NCBI GenBank assembly: GCA_900617105.1
Contig: UYFQ01000858.1
Span: 46,490-66,489 of the forward strand
Direction of reading: 5' to 3'
Length of the DNA: 20,000 bases
Source of the DNA: Hydrurus foetidus
Taxonomy: Eukaryota
How positions within the stretch are numbered: position 1 is the first letter of the stretch; every line of letters starts with the position of its first letter. A model generated the notes under the pieces. That model worked only from the letters and a program-made list of their open reading frames with translations. It was not told where the DNA came from and did not search any database. Below, in pieces: positions 19,635 to 20,000 of this stretch. The position numbers were made by a program, and so were the translations under genes.

Positions 19635-20000
19635 ATGACGAAATCGCTGATGCCCCTGCTTTTCTTCACAGCGATTCTATCTGCTGTTGCCGAATCCGAT
19701 ACTCTTAATCGTGACTTGTTTTTGAAGGAATCGAATTTTGAGAATAAATTGATGAAATCCCTAGAGACGAAAGATGTGTCACCATTTAACATCCTCAGAG
19801 GATCCTCCGCAAAAGCTGCACGACCACTCAACTCCCCGGCAGTATTACAAACCTCGGACCAGCCTTCACCAGATCCTGCTGACATAATTCCGTCAGACAT
19901 CCAAAGTCCAAGAGAAGTCACGGTACCCTTTTCAAAATACTACCCATCTTCTCTCCCTACTCCTGGCAACATTGGGATCGCTCCCACATCTCCGATTGTC
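19635..20000 (+). CDS. 5' part of a putative secreted Pro/Ser/Thr-rich protein (runs off the window)
   Basis: Open frame from ATG 19635 to the window end (122 codons): MTKSLMPLLFFTAILSAVA|ESDTLNRDL..., with a signal-peptide-like N-terminus; absent from the ORF track because it has no stop in the window. Confidence 0.7.
   Translation, partial: MTKSLMPLLFFTAILSAVAESDTLNRDLFLKESNFENKLMKSLETKDVSPFNILRGSSAKAARPLNSPAVLQTSDQPSPDPADIIPSDIQSPREVTVPFSKYYPSSLPTPGNIGIAPTSPIV

Noticed and set aside
19604..19921. 105-aa minus-strand ORF
   Set aside because: Antisense shadow of the plus-strand signal-peptide ORF starting at 19635

Overview
Eukaryotic, transposon-dense window. A stramenopile is inferred from the short GT-AG introns with CTAAC branch points, a Crypton-type tyrosine recombinase and a signal-peptide-bearing mTERF. 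From left to right: a foldback palindrome (1-408); a small element with telomere-like (CCCTAA) repeats (528-886); an internally deleted, gag-only LTR retrotransposon inserted at its end (887-2941, TSD ACGG); a complete but decayed pogo-like DDE transposon (3448-7593, 24-bp TIRs, TA flanks); an intronless mTERF-repeat gene (7862-11089); a MITE-like hairpin element (12015-12537); an apparently intact 4-exon tyrosine recombinase gene (13418-15908, 757 aa when spliced); a 171-bp x ~8.4 tandem array right after it, with gene and array bracketed by related palindromic GGTGGGAAA boxes; a second foldback palindrome (18076-19450) interrupted by a 9-bp-TSD insertion; and the 5' end of a secreted-protein gene (19635 to window end). 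The best candidate for a new system is the recombinase + 171-bp array + palindromic end-site unit (~13238-18027). All calls come from reading the sequence by eye; no searches were run.
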